This document shows positions 41,056 through 64,000 of a stretch of 64,000 nucleotides of DNA, in pieces. A program made the position numbers and the translations under genes. The notes under the pieces are model-generated. The model did not search any database and had not been told where the DNA came from. It saw only the letters and a list, made by a program, of their open reading frames with translations. Within the stretch, counting starts at the first letter, position 1. Each line of letters begins with the position of its first letter. Origin of the DNA: Macrostomum lignano (taxonomy: Eukaryota); NCBI GenBank assembly GCA_002269645.1, contig NIVC01000673.1, positions 363,959 to 427,958 of the forward strand, read 5' to 3'.

Positions 41056-43235
41056 CTACGCAATCTTTGGCAGACTTTCGCGAATCTTCTTCACAACAGC
41101 GTTCACTTTGGTGTAGCCGCCGACAGCGTTAGGCAGATTCTCAAAGGGCCTAAACTGTTCGATATCCCTATTGAAGCTGGACTGATCCGGCAGCTTAGCG
41201 GCACCTTTATAGCTGGCAAAGACTGGCGAGCCAAACTGGGTGCTGACAACGGCTACTGGCGAGACCAAACTGGACGACAAGTCGGCGTGGTCTTCTGCTT
41301 TTTCTTTATCTTCGGCATCGCGACTGTTGCAATCTTCGCCCCGATCGGAGCAACTTTCAAGCTCTTCTAAATCGCCGTTCTCTTCTAATTGGCGCAACAA
41401 TTCCATTCTCTGGGCCTCTAGATCGTCTAAATCCGCTTCCTCCTCCTCTTCTGCATCATTATTGTCATACTGTTCGTCGGTATCCTCCTCCCCGGCTGCG
41501 GCGGAGTTCCGTCCGGACTTATCCCTCTCAGCAGCCGCCGCCTCGCGCACCCGCCTGGTGTGATAGGCATCTACAGCGTGTATCTGGTTCCTGCCCGCCA
41601 GCCAGTGCACAAAGGTTGACAGGTGATCGTCCAGACGCATTGACGGATAGCCCAGCCTGCGATGCTCATCGCGCACGCCATGCGGCAGCGGACAATTGAA
41701 TCCGGGAAACTTCACCAGCTTGCTGACGTCATACTTCACTTCGCCGGCTTCAGGCCTGGCCTCGTCCCGATTGTTGGCGTCGTCGTCAATGATGGTGACG
41801 CCGCTGGATTGGAAGCGCGCCTCCAGTAGCCAGCCGGGCGGGTAGCCGAGCTCGCGCATTCGGTACACGTGATTGGGCAGCTCGTCCGGCTCCAGGCCCA
41901 GCGCCGACCGCAGCCGCTCGCTAAGCACTCCAGGCCGGAAGCCGCCCAGCTCTCCTTGACCGACTCCGCCGGTTCCGTCCTCGGCGCTGGCAGCGATGCT
42001 GTCAAAGAATCTGGAATTAAGCGCCGCGCGCGAAAATCGAGAACGGCGCATCTTTGGCGGCGCGTCAGCTGACGGATCGTCAACGGCGCCGTCTGCGCTG
42101 GCGCCGGCGCCCAATTCTCCTGAAGAAACTGACCTGAAAACGAAACAAAGAGAAGTTTTATCTTAACAGCACACAATATATTACAAGCAACACTACAGTG
42201 CACTAGCATTAAAGCAGTATTTAACAACACTGTAGGAAACACAGGTCCAATAAACACACGAATGTAAAAACGACTATTTTATAAACGACACTAAGCACCA
42301 ATTAAATAAACACAACACTGCATTAAATGACACAACTACGAACACCGATCCCTAAGCACAATAAACACCAATGGCACCAATGTCATAAACACGATAAACA
42401 CTAAAAACGAATGTCATTGCAGAACACAATAAACACTAAACACCGATGCCATAAACACAATAAACAATAAACACCAATGCCATAAACACAAAACACTAAT
42501 GCCATTAACACAAAAACACTAATGCCATAAACACAATACACAATAAACACAAAACACTAATGCCATGAACACAATACACAATAAACACAAAACACCAATG
42601 CCATAAACACAATACACAATAAACACAAAACACTAATGCCATGAACACAATACACAATAAACACAAAACACCAATGCCATGAACACAATACACAATAAAC
42701 ACAAAACACCAATGCCATAAACACAATACACAATAAACACAAAACACTAATGCCATGAACACAATACACAATAAACACAAAACACCAATGCCATAAACAC
42801 AATACACAATAAACACAAAACACTAATGCCATGAACACAATACACAATAAACACAAAACACAAATGCCATAAATACAATACACCAATGCCATAAACACAA
42901 TAAACAATAAACACCAATGCAATAAACACATCCCAAAAACATAGGCAAACACTACCGGAACTGCACACGAACCTATAAAATAGTTTGGCCTCGCCCCCCG
43001 CGGTAGCGGCAGCAGGATCCCAGATCTCGGACACTCTTGGCCGCTTCCTTTTGCCGCCAGTGGAACGACGCGATTCCGGCGCAGCCGCCGCCCTGCCAAT
43101 CGGAGGCAGCTGTTGCAGATCCTGCTTCTGTTGCAGATTCTGCTTTGAAGTGTCAATATAAAATGAAGACGCAGCAGCAGCAGCAGCAGCCTCATCAGCA
43201 GGCTCGCTAGGCTCAGTGTCAATGTAGAAACTCAT
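41056..43235 (-). CDS. ZCCHC8: ZCCHC8-like protein (NEXT complex scaffold, PSP domain). Exon 1 is 43235 to about 42960 (donor uncertain); exon 2 is about 42130-41056
   Basis: PSP signature FRPGVLSERLRSALGLEPDELPNHVYRMRELGYPPGWLLEA. C-terminal PDQSSFNRDIEQFRPFENLPNAVGGYTKV resembles the MTR4-binding tail. Acidic linker. Two alternative phase-compatible splice solutions exist. Confidence 0.75.
42365..42925. repeat. About 38-bp AC-rich minisatellite in the ZCCHC8-like intron
   Basis: Recurring AATGCCATAAACACAATACACAATAAACACAAAACAC. Confidence 0.88.
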
Positions 43236-43696
43236 TATTATGATAATTTCAAATATAGCTGAAAGTTAAAAAACACATCTTTTCGATACATATCGGATAT
43301 TTAGTTTATGCCCATTCCGCTCACCTCCGATCAAGCACCCGCTCACTCAGGGTGTACAGTAGCCCTCACGGGCGACAACCAACTGAGTTCTACTTTGCCC
43401 AACCCAAATCTATACAGTGCATGCACATTTAGGCGCCTAAACTGTTAAAAGTTACAAAGGATTTTAAGATGATAAAAATTAGAGAAACGAAACAATATAA
43501 CGCAAGAATCAGTGGAAGAAGATCAACAAGTCATGCTAATTATTATTAAAGATCCATTAAATTTATAAAATCACACGATTATTTTCGTGAAAAAGCACTC
43601 ATAGTTTGGCTACTCAAAGTTTGATAGTAGTATGATAAGGCCATTTTCAGAATTCTAGAAAATATAAGTATCGAAAAGAAATGTCATTTCAATTAA

Positions 43697-43897
43697 TATG
43701 GAAGGATTTCCTTAGATGGGAGGATTTCCTTATATGGGAGATTTCCTTAGATGGGAGGATTTCCTTAGATGGGAGATTTCCTTATATGGGAGGATTTCCT
43801 TACATGGGAGGATTTCCTTACATGGGAGGATTTCCTTATATGGGAGATTTCCTTATATGGGAGGATTTCCTTATATGGGCGGATTTCCTTATATGGA
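43697..43897. repeat. 18-bp minisatellite (TATGGGAGGATTTCCTTA)n directly downstream of the PECR stop
   Basis: Tandem periodicity. Confidence 0.9.
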
Positions 43898-43920
43898 AGT
43901 AATCATTTTCAACAATTCTC

Positions 43921-45594
43921 TCATAATTTCGCTTTGCTAGACTCTTCCCAGTACCAGCCTTCGGCGGGTTCGAACTCGGGCACGTCGAAGAACTGGGTTC
44001 GGTAGAGACTGACCGCTCCATCAACGTACAGGGTCTGTCCGGTGACGTAACCAGCCGCAGGCGAGCACAGGAACGCTACAGCAGCCGAGATCTCCTCAAC
44101 GTGACCAAATCTTCGAGCAGGCACCCGAGCTTTCGATCGGAGAAACACCTCTCTACCCTGTTCGCCATAGTTAGCCACCGCAGTCTCCGAATAGATAATC
44201 CCTGGCGCCACGCAGTTAATCCTAATCCGATCGCTGGCCCACTCTACCGCAAGCGTTTTCGATAGGTTTTCAACGGCAGATCGGGCCGCGGCCGAGTGAG
44301 CGAACATGGGCCAGCCTTTGTAGGCGTCCATCACTATGTTAACAATGCTGCCACCGTTCCGCTTCATCCACTGACGGTGGGCCTCTCGGATGCACAGGAA
44401 TGTGCCAGTCAGATTGGTCTCGATCACCGCGTTCCAGCCCTGTTGGTGTTTATGGCAACGCGAGGAAATATGGAATTTCACTGCTTAATGAAAGAGGAGA
44501 TGGAGCGGAAAGGGGAGAAGGGGGAGTGGAAAAGGGGAGAAAGGAAGAGCGGAAAGGGGAGAAGGGGGCGGAAGAGGGGAGAATGGGGAGCGGAAAAGGG
44601 GAGAAAGGAGAGCGGAAAGGGGAGAAGGGGGCGGAAGAGGGGAGAATGGGGAGCGGAACATGGAGGGGGAGCGGAGCAGGGAGGGGGAGCGGAACAGGGA
44701 GGGGGAGCGGAGCAGGGAGGGGGAGCGGAACATGGAGGGGGAGCGGAGCAGAGAGGGGGAGCGGAACATGGAGGGGGAGCGGAGCAGGGAGGGGGAGCGG
44801 AACATGGAGGGGGAGCGGAGCAGGGAGGGGGAGCGGAACAGGGAGGGGGAGCGGAGCAGGGAGGGGGAGCGGAACATGGAGGGGGAGCGGAGCAGAGAGG
44901 GGGAGCGGAACATGGAGGGGGAGCGGAGCAGGGAGGGGGAGCGGAACATGGAGGGGGAGCGGAGCAGGGAGGGGGAGCGGAACAGGGAGGGGGAGCGGAG
45001 CAGGGAGGGGGAGCGGAACATGGAGGGGGAGCGGAACATGGAGGGGGAGCGGAACAGTGAGGGGGAGCGGAACATGGAGGGGGAGCGGAAAAGGGAGGGG
45101 GAGCGGAACAGGGAGGGGGAACGGAGACAGGGAGGGGAGCGGAACATGGAGGGGGAGCGGAACAGTGAGGGGGAGCGGAACATGGAGGGGGAGCGGAAAA
45201 GGGAGAAACGCAGCAGGAGCCGTGACGAGAGCCTCACCTTAAGCTTCATGTCCGAGGCCGGACACACAAACTGTCCGCCGCCATTATTAACCAGAAAATC
45301 TAATCGGCCAAATTTGTCCAATGTTTCGGACACGAGTCTCTGAACGTCGGCCTCTTGTCGAATATTGCACACGGTGTGGTGAACTCGGGCGCCTTCGCGA
45401 CAGTCCACTGCGAGTTTTTCAGCCGCAGCGGCCAGACGGTCTGCTTTGCGCGATGCAATGACAACACTGCAGCCGAGGTGGGCCAGCTCGCGGCTGATAG
45501 CCTGCCCGATTCCGGTGCCGCCGCCGGTTACTATGGCAACGCGCGATTTAAATAGGCCAGGAGCGAATACAGATTTTACAGCGGAGTTGGCCAT
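43921..45594 (-). CDS. PECR: Peroxisomal trans-2-enoyl-CoA reductase (SDR family), 291 aa. Exons 45594-45238 and 44439-43921
   Basis: Starts [30 protein letters not shown]. Contains [29 protein letters not shown] and RINCVAPG. Ends in a C-terminal AKL PTS1 signal. The GT-AG intron is phase 0. Confidence 0.92.
44505..45202. repeat. Purine-rich 18-bp minisatellite (GGAGGGGGAGCGGAACAT/GGAGGGGGAGCGGAGCAG)n filling the PECR intron
   Basis: Tandem periodicity. Confidence 0.93.
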
Positions 45595-47149
45595 TTCAAA
45601 TCTCGAGTGAAAGTGTAAAAAGATACTACTGCATGCAAGTAGTTGCAGACTAGTAAGTTGATGATGGTATTTAATTTTATAGTGTAAAAGTTGTATAATA
45701 AGGTTAGTGGCATGAATAACTATGACTTATAGTGAAAGTTAATTTTGTGTGTGGCGACCCCCCAGTCCTTGGGACTGAACAGCCGTACGCAGCCTTCAGA
45801 TGCGCCGCGCAATAGCTGCGGCTGAGCTGTCGGTTGCACATCTGCCAATAAGGGCAGGTGTAATCAATTATTATTATTATCATTATAGTGAAGATAACGT
45901 CAGATCTTGCGTCAAATTTAAATTTAAAATTTAATAAACTACCCAACATCTCTATCATCTATTCTCAGCAGTTTTTTTTGGTTTCTTCATGAGAATTATC
46001 TGTCCCAGTGGCTATCCTAGAAACTCATGAAATTCATGAATGACAAGTTCACTACAGATCAAGACAAAAGGGAGATGAATCAGATGAGAAAAGAGTTCCT
46101 CTGATTTTTTTGCCTTTTGGGAATCCAATTGGTGGTGTTCAAGAAAAAACCCTTAGACCTGTTTAAAATAATTGACACCTGCAAAAAAAGAATCTAAGCT
46201 GAACATTTAGGAAGCTATGTACATTAAGGCCATCAAAACAAACTTTAATACTCAATTAGCAGGGAATGGTGCAAGCCAACAACTGAATGTGTTCTGAGGT
46301 GCAGAGGTGTACATTTGTATATGTACTCTTTAACTGCTTTATCCGACTACACAAGCTTCTATCTCATGCTAAAAATGCACATCAACTGTCTCTCACCTAT
46401 TGGACTATTTATATATACCTCTATGGATTGTTAAAATAAAAAACATTTTGTTTGTTCATTTAATATATTGTCCTAACAATAAATACTTTAGTTGAAATGC
46501 ATTGGCTCTACAAATAATGTTGGCTCTAACATTCAACTATAATAAAAAACTTTTCAAATTTTGCTTGTATATTTGCCAGTGTGCGGATCATGTATCCATA
46601 TATGCCAGACCAAATTCGGGCATCGGGGACTTTGTATGCCAGTGTATACCAAAAACAAAATGTTGCGCTAAAATGTATGCCAAAAATTCCTAAACAGGTA
46701 ATTTGGTTTTTACAAGTAGTTTTTTAAGAAAGGCTTTTGTATGAAGTGTTTTTAAAACATTACAAATATTTTCAATTTAAACAAACTTAAGTAATACCTA
46801 CAAAAAATATGACGCAATAATTGATACTCATAGCAAAACTTTATTCTAATTTTATTTATTGTGAATTTTAATGAAGCAAAAAGTTTATCACTGACAATAA
46901 AAATTTTCCTTTACTTTACATAAAAATGTTAATTTACACTACACTACAATTTTCATGCACCGCATGAATTTATTCACCAAAATTTGTATGCCAAAAAAAG
47001 TATGCGTGGCTGTGTTACTTGTATACACCAATAGTGTACGCCAACAAAGTTTGCCAGGGGTTGTATACGCCAATTATGTATGCCAAGGACTTAGGGTAGC
47101 TGTTTTGTATGCCGGAAAAGTTCTGGCATACATGCATACCATCCACAAC

Positions 47150-48300
47150 CTGGTATATTTGATATATATTTGTATATAGCAAAGCTGTTGGAAAAAAGAT
47201 TTTCTATATAGGGTACAGCTTCCTTCATCTGCTTTTGTATATAATGGAAACAATAGCAAACAGTGAAGTAACATAACATTTTGCTATAAAGAATAGTATT
47301 TTTCTAGATATAATTAGCTTTTTCCTATTTCTATCTATTATTTTATTGCTATTTTTGTTAAGATAAATGTGGACATAGACAGTCCAGAGTTAGAATTTTT
47401 AAAGTACATTTTGAGAAACAAAAAAGTTCTATAGAAAGAGTTCATAATAAACAAAATTAAAAGAAGGAAAAACTACATTGAAATATGCTCAGAAATTATA
47501 GTTTAAAATTCAAAATTCAAAATTGCTGTCATTCAAAATTCAAATTCAATTTGCTTCAAAATTCTAGCTCATTTAATTATGCTATACTATATATAAACAA
47601 ACTATAATAAATTGTTTTTTATTCTAATCTATAAAAAACATTTAATTTTTTTTAATTTGTTAATTTTAAATTTTTATATAATAATTATAAAAAAACATTC
47701 TTTGAAAACAAAACATTTTTTTAATAATGCCAATTTAGAAATTATGAAATATATGTTTGATTTGTATTGGCCTTGTTCCAATTGTTTTAAATAAGTATTT
47801 GTTTTCATAGGCTTATTGTATTGTACATTGATCATCTTTGCTCATTTTGCATAATGACTATTTTCTAATGGCTATAGATCTAATAGGAACAGTCTTTTAG
47901 AGGCAATTATCTAGGCCTATTAATAAAGTCTTTGAACATTATCATTAGAAGTATCTTGTTTTGAATCTTATCATTTCATTTTGATTTTATCTTAAACAAA
48001 ATCTTAATATTATTATTAATTACCCATTAAAAAGTAATTTTTTCTGCTATATTATACCTATAATTAGTATAAACTGCACTGCTAGAATATCATTCATTGC
48101 TAGATCCATAGCCTTTAGAAATGGGTTTTGGTGCCAGAACTCTAGCCATAAGCCATTGCTATTATTTTTGTTATTATACATAATATCAAAATTTAATGAC
48201 TATAGTATATTTTGTTATTATTATATAATTTGGCATTTATTTGTTTTTAAAAATTTAGACTTTTTTCTATAGCAATAGACAGAAATAGGAATATGAATTT
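47150..48300 (-). mobile_element. Possible heavily decayed LINE relic
   Basis: Very AT-rich. Minus-strand fragments NSNGLWLEFW (faintly like the endonuclease N-x-NG-x-x-L motif) and FPLYTKADEGSCTLYRKS (faintly like the RT motif P-x-x-K-K-G-D..C..YR) occur in the expected order, with many stops between them. Confidence 0.22.
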
Positions 48301-50005
48301 CAAGGTGCTTGTGCTGATCAGTGATCACATTGGCATTAGACATTTTTGCCTTTTTGCTTCAAATCAAAAGCAATTTGCTTCAATAATTTCAATTCACTGA
48401 TTTTAGATTTAGTTAGGGGCCTATGCTCCCTGGTAAATAATCAAGAAATATATACAATATTTAAATATTAGGCCCCACCACCCCTATACCAAAGTGTAGA
48501 CCTAGGCTAGGCTAAACTGTATAGCAGAAAATAATATCCATTTAAATTTAAGTCGGACCACATATTGATAATATATTAATATAATTATAAATGCTGCAAC
48601 TTGCAAGTCTTGCAACTGATTATAGAAATTAATTATCCATAGGCCTAATAACATAGGTGATATTACAATATCACTAATCACAGTTTTATCTATGAGTATG
48701 AGCAGGCCTATGACTATAGAGTAGTCATGCCAATCATGTCGGTTGCAGCAAGTGAAGCCAGCAATTTTAACAACAAGGGCAAGGGGTTCTATTCTATGTA
48801 AAAAATCACATTTAGTAGTTGTTTAAAATCGTGATTGTAAGAAACTATCAGTATAAACAAAGTGTTATTAATATAGTTAAATTATATTGTATTTAGTTGT
48901 ATGCCTTCATAAAAAATATTAAAAAGGCTTTCAATAAATTAAAAAATAAGAGCCTCGTTACTGCACATAGAGTTTTCGCGTTCCAGGACATTCGGTCAAC
49001 CGGCAGTAGGTCAACCAGAGACATTACAGCGGCAACTCGGCAAATTGATTATAGATGCATCTGCATCAGTGAGAGAAGTCGTTATCTGATGTCAAATTTG
49101 TTTAAAACGTGTACACTCCTCAGAAAACTTTTCGTAACTTTTGTAGCACCTGTAACAACTTTTAGCATTTCTATGGAAGGCGCCATCTTACGATGACGGC
49201 CTTAAGTCTGGGACTGATGTCCGTTTCTCTGTTTATTTCAATTTTAAAACTGCTTCAATTTTTCTAGCAAAAGTAACGTGACGTTAATGTTAGCGGCTAA
49301 CATGCCCGACAAAGATCGAATTTTGGCTTAAAATAAATGTCGGTGGTCGAAATGTCGGTTGACGAAATGCCGGTAGACGAAATCGGTTTACCAGTTTTTA
49401 TGATGAGCCATTGATACGATTGAATTGGGTGTAAATTATTCTTCAATTTGTTGCTAGGCCGGGTCCTTTTGCAGGCTTTGGTTTTTTTTGTCCGTTCTTG
49501 GGTAGGTGGGAGTAGTCCTTGGGAGCATATTTTTCTGTTGAAGGCAGTTGATCTTCCTAATTTTAGGATGCAATCAGACTAGAAATAAGACATACTATAC
49601 ATGTAAGAACTGTACGTAAGCATAAGGGAACTAGCGAGACTAGGCTGTAGCAGTCGTTTTTCCTGATCAGTTTCGAGAAGTTCATCAGCCTTCTTGCAAG
49701 GTGCAACCCTCACAGCACTTCTGAATTCCATAATCTAATTAAAACAAAGTAAGCTAAGGATACTGTACCAAAATCTTGCTCCGGATTGCTATTCTGGCTC
49801 ACATATTCTACTTAGACAAGGTTAGATAGACACATGGGCATTAGGAAAGTTGCTACGCTCGTATCAAGCGGTCGTTTTCAGGTAAAGTCTGCGCAAAAAA
49901 TTCGGCTAAAACAAAGGCATTTCAATCAACATGTGTTGATGTGTACGATGTGTATCGCCTTAACCGCAAGAGTAAAGTCTTATTAAATTCTTTGGGTGAA
50001 AAAAT

Positions 50006-50370
50006 AGGGGGCCGCAGCCCAGCGGTAGCGCAGCTACTCTGGTGTGCCAGCGACCCAGGCTCGATTCCAAGTGCAGTCACATTAATTTGGGGCTGAATTG
50101 GAATCTCGGCTTGGCTCTGCTCGTGCAATTAACGGCCTTGAGAGCCAACCCCCCAAGGCGCAGTAAAGTGTACATGCCTAACGATAATATAAAGTTAGGG
50201 CCGCTGTACACTCCTGTGTGAGTGTGTGCCTGCGTACGTATCCGCGCGCTTGTATGCCTGCTCAGGGGAGTCGGCGGAATGGGCAGTAATGCCTCTCGCC
50301 GGATGTGTGCCTATGTCACTTAAAGTGCGCCAGGGTGCACACAACCCCCCTGCCTCTAATAAATAAAAAA
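50006..50370 (+). mobile_element. tRNA-derived SINE, about 360 bp, copy B
   Basis: 5' head AGGGGGCCGCAGCCCAGCGGTAG (A-box-like) and GGCTCGATTCC (B-box-like). Tail TAATAAATAAAAAA. 12-bp TSD TTGGGTGAAAAA at 49992-50003 and 50371-50382. Confidence 0.85.
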
Positions 50371-52528
50371 TTGGGTGAAAAATGCCTTTGACAAAGCCCG
50401 AACGAAAGGCGCGCTTGGTCTGGATCACTGCACCCCGGTGGATGAACTAATTTTACTCCCTTCAAATTTACGCGTGTTGTGGCCGTATCAGCGCTCGCAG
50501 TAAAATTCCCCGGCCTTCTTTGCTTCCAATTTCAGAATTTCCTATGCAATGACTTTGGATAAAGCCACGTGGGGGCAGTCGAATTTCTCGATTTTTTGAC
50601 ATGTCGATCTGGACATTCGCGCTGGGGACGGTGCGGGAGCGCTGTAGGGTGCGAGTGGTTTTGGACGTGCACGCCTGGTCAACACTCTTCTTCGCTTCAT
50701 TTATCTATTCTCTCCTATCTCTAAAAGTTGAAGCGTCCCCCCCCTGACAGAAAAACACGCAAGTCAACCAAGCAAAGCAGCTGCTTCTTGTCGTCTGCGG
50801 CAGCAGCAGCCTTGCATCCAAGCGTCGATCTTACGAGCCTTCCCGGCACCAAAAAATCTACTGCCGAGTGGGAAGCGTAGCGTCATGAAATGCAGTTGTT
50901 TTTTTAACTAAAAAAATTTAAATTTAATTTTCTGTTTCTGCGCCGAAACTTTGCAGTAACAAAATGAGCTGGAAGCAACGAGGCTCTTGCGTCATCATTC
51001 TCAAGGAGCGAGTGGATCATCAACTAAGCAGCTTTGAGCTGCGGTAGAAATGTTGTCGAAGATGCACCCCGTTCCGCTGACTCGTCAGCTCGCACACGAA
51101 CGCTACTGTAGTATAACTGCACGCGAAAACTCAAAGATCGTGTCCAGGAAATTAGCCTCCCAAAAATTCGAATTTTATATCCTGTTACGCTAAAGTGGTC
51201 CTTGGCAATCACACGCTCACACAGGGTGTTACAGCGGTCCTGACTTTCTAATCGTAAGGCATGTACCCTCTCTATGTCTTGGTGGTTGGCACTCGTTGGC
51301 AAGAAACTCATGACAACCCCCAAGCCAGTTTTTTGGTCCCTTTGAGTAATAAAAAAATATTGTTTTCATTCGTTTTAATATTTTCACCTTCTTTCCATAG
51401 ACAGATTTAATCAAGAAAAATGCCAATTTTTTCAGAGCATGCTCTATGTTTAAAGTAAATGTACTAGCCAGCATCCGTTCCTAACCGACCTCCAGTCGAT
51501 CCCATCACTAAAACCGACAATGAGGGCGGAAGTCTCAGAAATCCTTCCATTATTTGTGATCTTCCTTAAAGTTCACGCGCTCATTCAAAGTGTTACGCAC
51601 TCTCCAAAAAACACTCTCCTTGATTCGGATCCAAATCCTCGAAAATACCGCAAACAACTTGATTGACTATACGGTAGGTAGAATGGCAAGCGCAGAAGAA
51701 CCATGCTGAAGAAATGCCGATATGATCTCGGGGCGATCTTCGTTGGCAGCAAGTTACACCAGCCATGCACTCGATGGATCTCTATCTGCGCCTGTTCCTG
51801 TCAGTTACCTGTGCGTGCTCTTGGCAACACTGCACCCTCACTGCATGGCACAGCGGGGGTCCTGTTTGGGCTATACTATAGATAGATCTCGCACCCTCCC
51901 ACTTTTGATCGTAGTGTAGCACTCGGCCAAGTGCGCCAACTATTTGGCCATTTGACTGGCATAGCCGCATAAAGCTAAACTCGTTTCTCCTCCCCCCACT
52001 GCATGGTCGTTTAATCCCTCTGTGTATGCTCTCTCTCTCTCTCTCTCTGGGACTTGCATGGCGACTGCTTGAAAACCGCCAGCTACAGATCTGATTGGTT
52101 GGGAGGGCGCCACTCCTGCTCGCTTGATCTCACCCTTCTCTCTCCCCCTATAAGCTGCTATCTTCTTTAAAAGCCTGACAACATAAAGTTGCATTAAGGA
52201 AACGCGATTGCGTATTGAAGTCCCGTCTTGAGTCGCGTCCTGTTTCTATAGACAGCTCAGGGCAGCCCGCAAAAAAGGACAGCAAAAAGTCGTTCTCTTG
52301 AGAGAACGGGTAGACAGGAGATAGAGAAGTCTGAGCCAAAGAAGCTCGAAATTCTCCCGGGCATCATAATAACAAATTTCTATTTGGTTTCCTACCAACC
52401 CTGAACCAGAGGGCCGGCCACGGTTTAATAGCATTCTCATATCTGTTTTATGCGAGCTTCCAGGCCGCCCTCAGTCATCGTTTTGCATAGCCATAGGAAA
52501 TAACTGAACTTAGTGGCAACGACAAGAA

Positions 52529-64000
<11,472 letters not shown>

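Noticed and set aside
49330-49390. Short CGAAATGTCGGT-like direct repeats, possible transposon end
   Set aside because: Only 3-4 degenerate copies, with no partner end or TSD found.
50006-50080. Functional tRNA gene
   Set aside because: No clean cloverleaf or acceptor stem is evident, and it continues into a 290-bp body with an A-tail and TSDs, so it is a SINE head.

Overview
Eukaryotic (animal) genomic DNA with GC-rich, poly-Ala/Gln/Pro-rich exons and introns packed with minisatellites. This style suggests a flatworm such as Macrostomum, but that is inference only. Exon coordinates below were derived by hand from splice sites and reading phase. Gene content: (1) the 3' part of a spalt/SALL zinc-finger gene (+); (2) a complete 15-exon polybromo-1 gene (-), about 1845 aa; (3) a ZCCHC8-like PSP-domain gene (-); (4) peroxisomal trans-2-enoyl-CoA reductase (-); (5) the 5' part of an alpha-arrestin (ARRDC-like) gene (+). 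The 10.4-kb first intron of the arrestin gene contains, on the opposite strand, two tandem three-exon genes. The ORF track splits each into an ankyrin ORF and two unrelated ORFs, but phase-compatible GT-AG introns join them into about 930-aa ankyrin-repeat + cGAS-like (Mab-21/cGLR) nucleotidyltransferase fusion proteins with an intact catalytic motif. Their ankyrin cores are about 99% identical while the enzyme halves are strongly diverged, and copy 2 carries a 1-nt frameshift. This pair is the main candidate novel system. Also present are two copies of a tRNA-derived SINE with target-site duplications and about 30 micro/minisatellite arrays, several of which are arrays of transcription-factor consensus sites. 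Most long ORFs in the supplied track are translations of these repeats.
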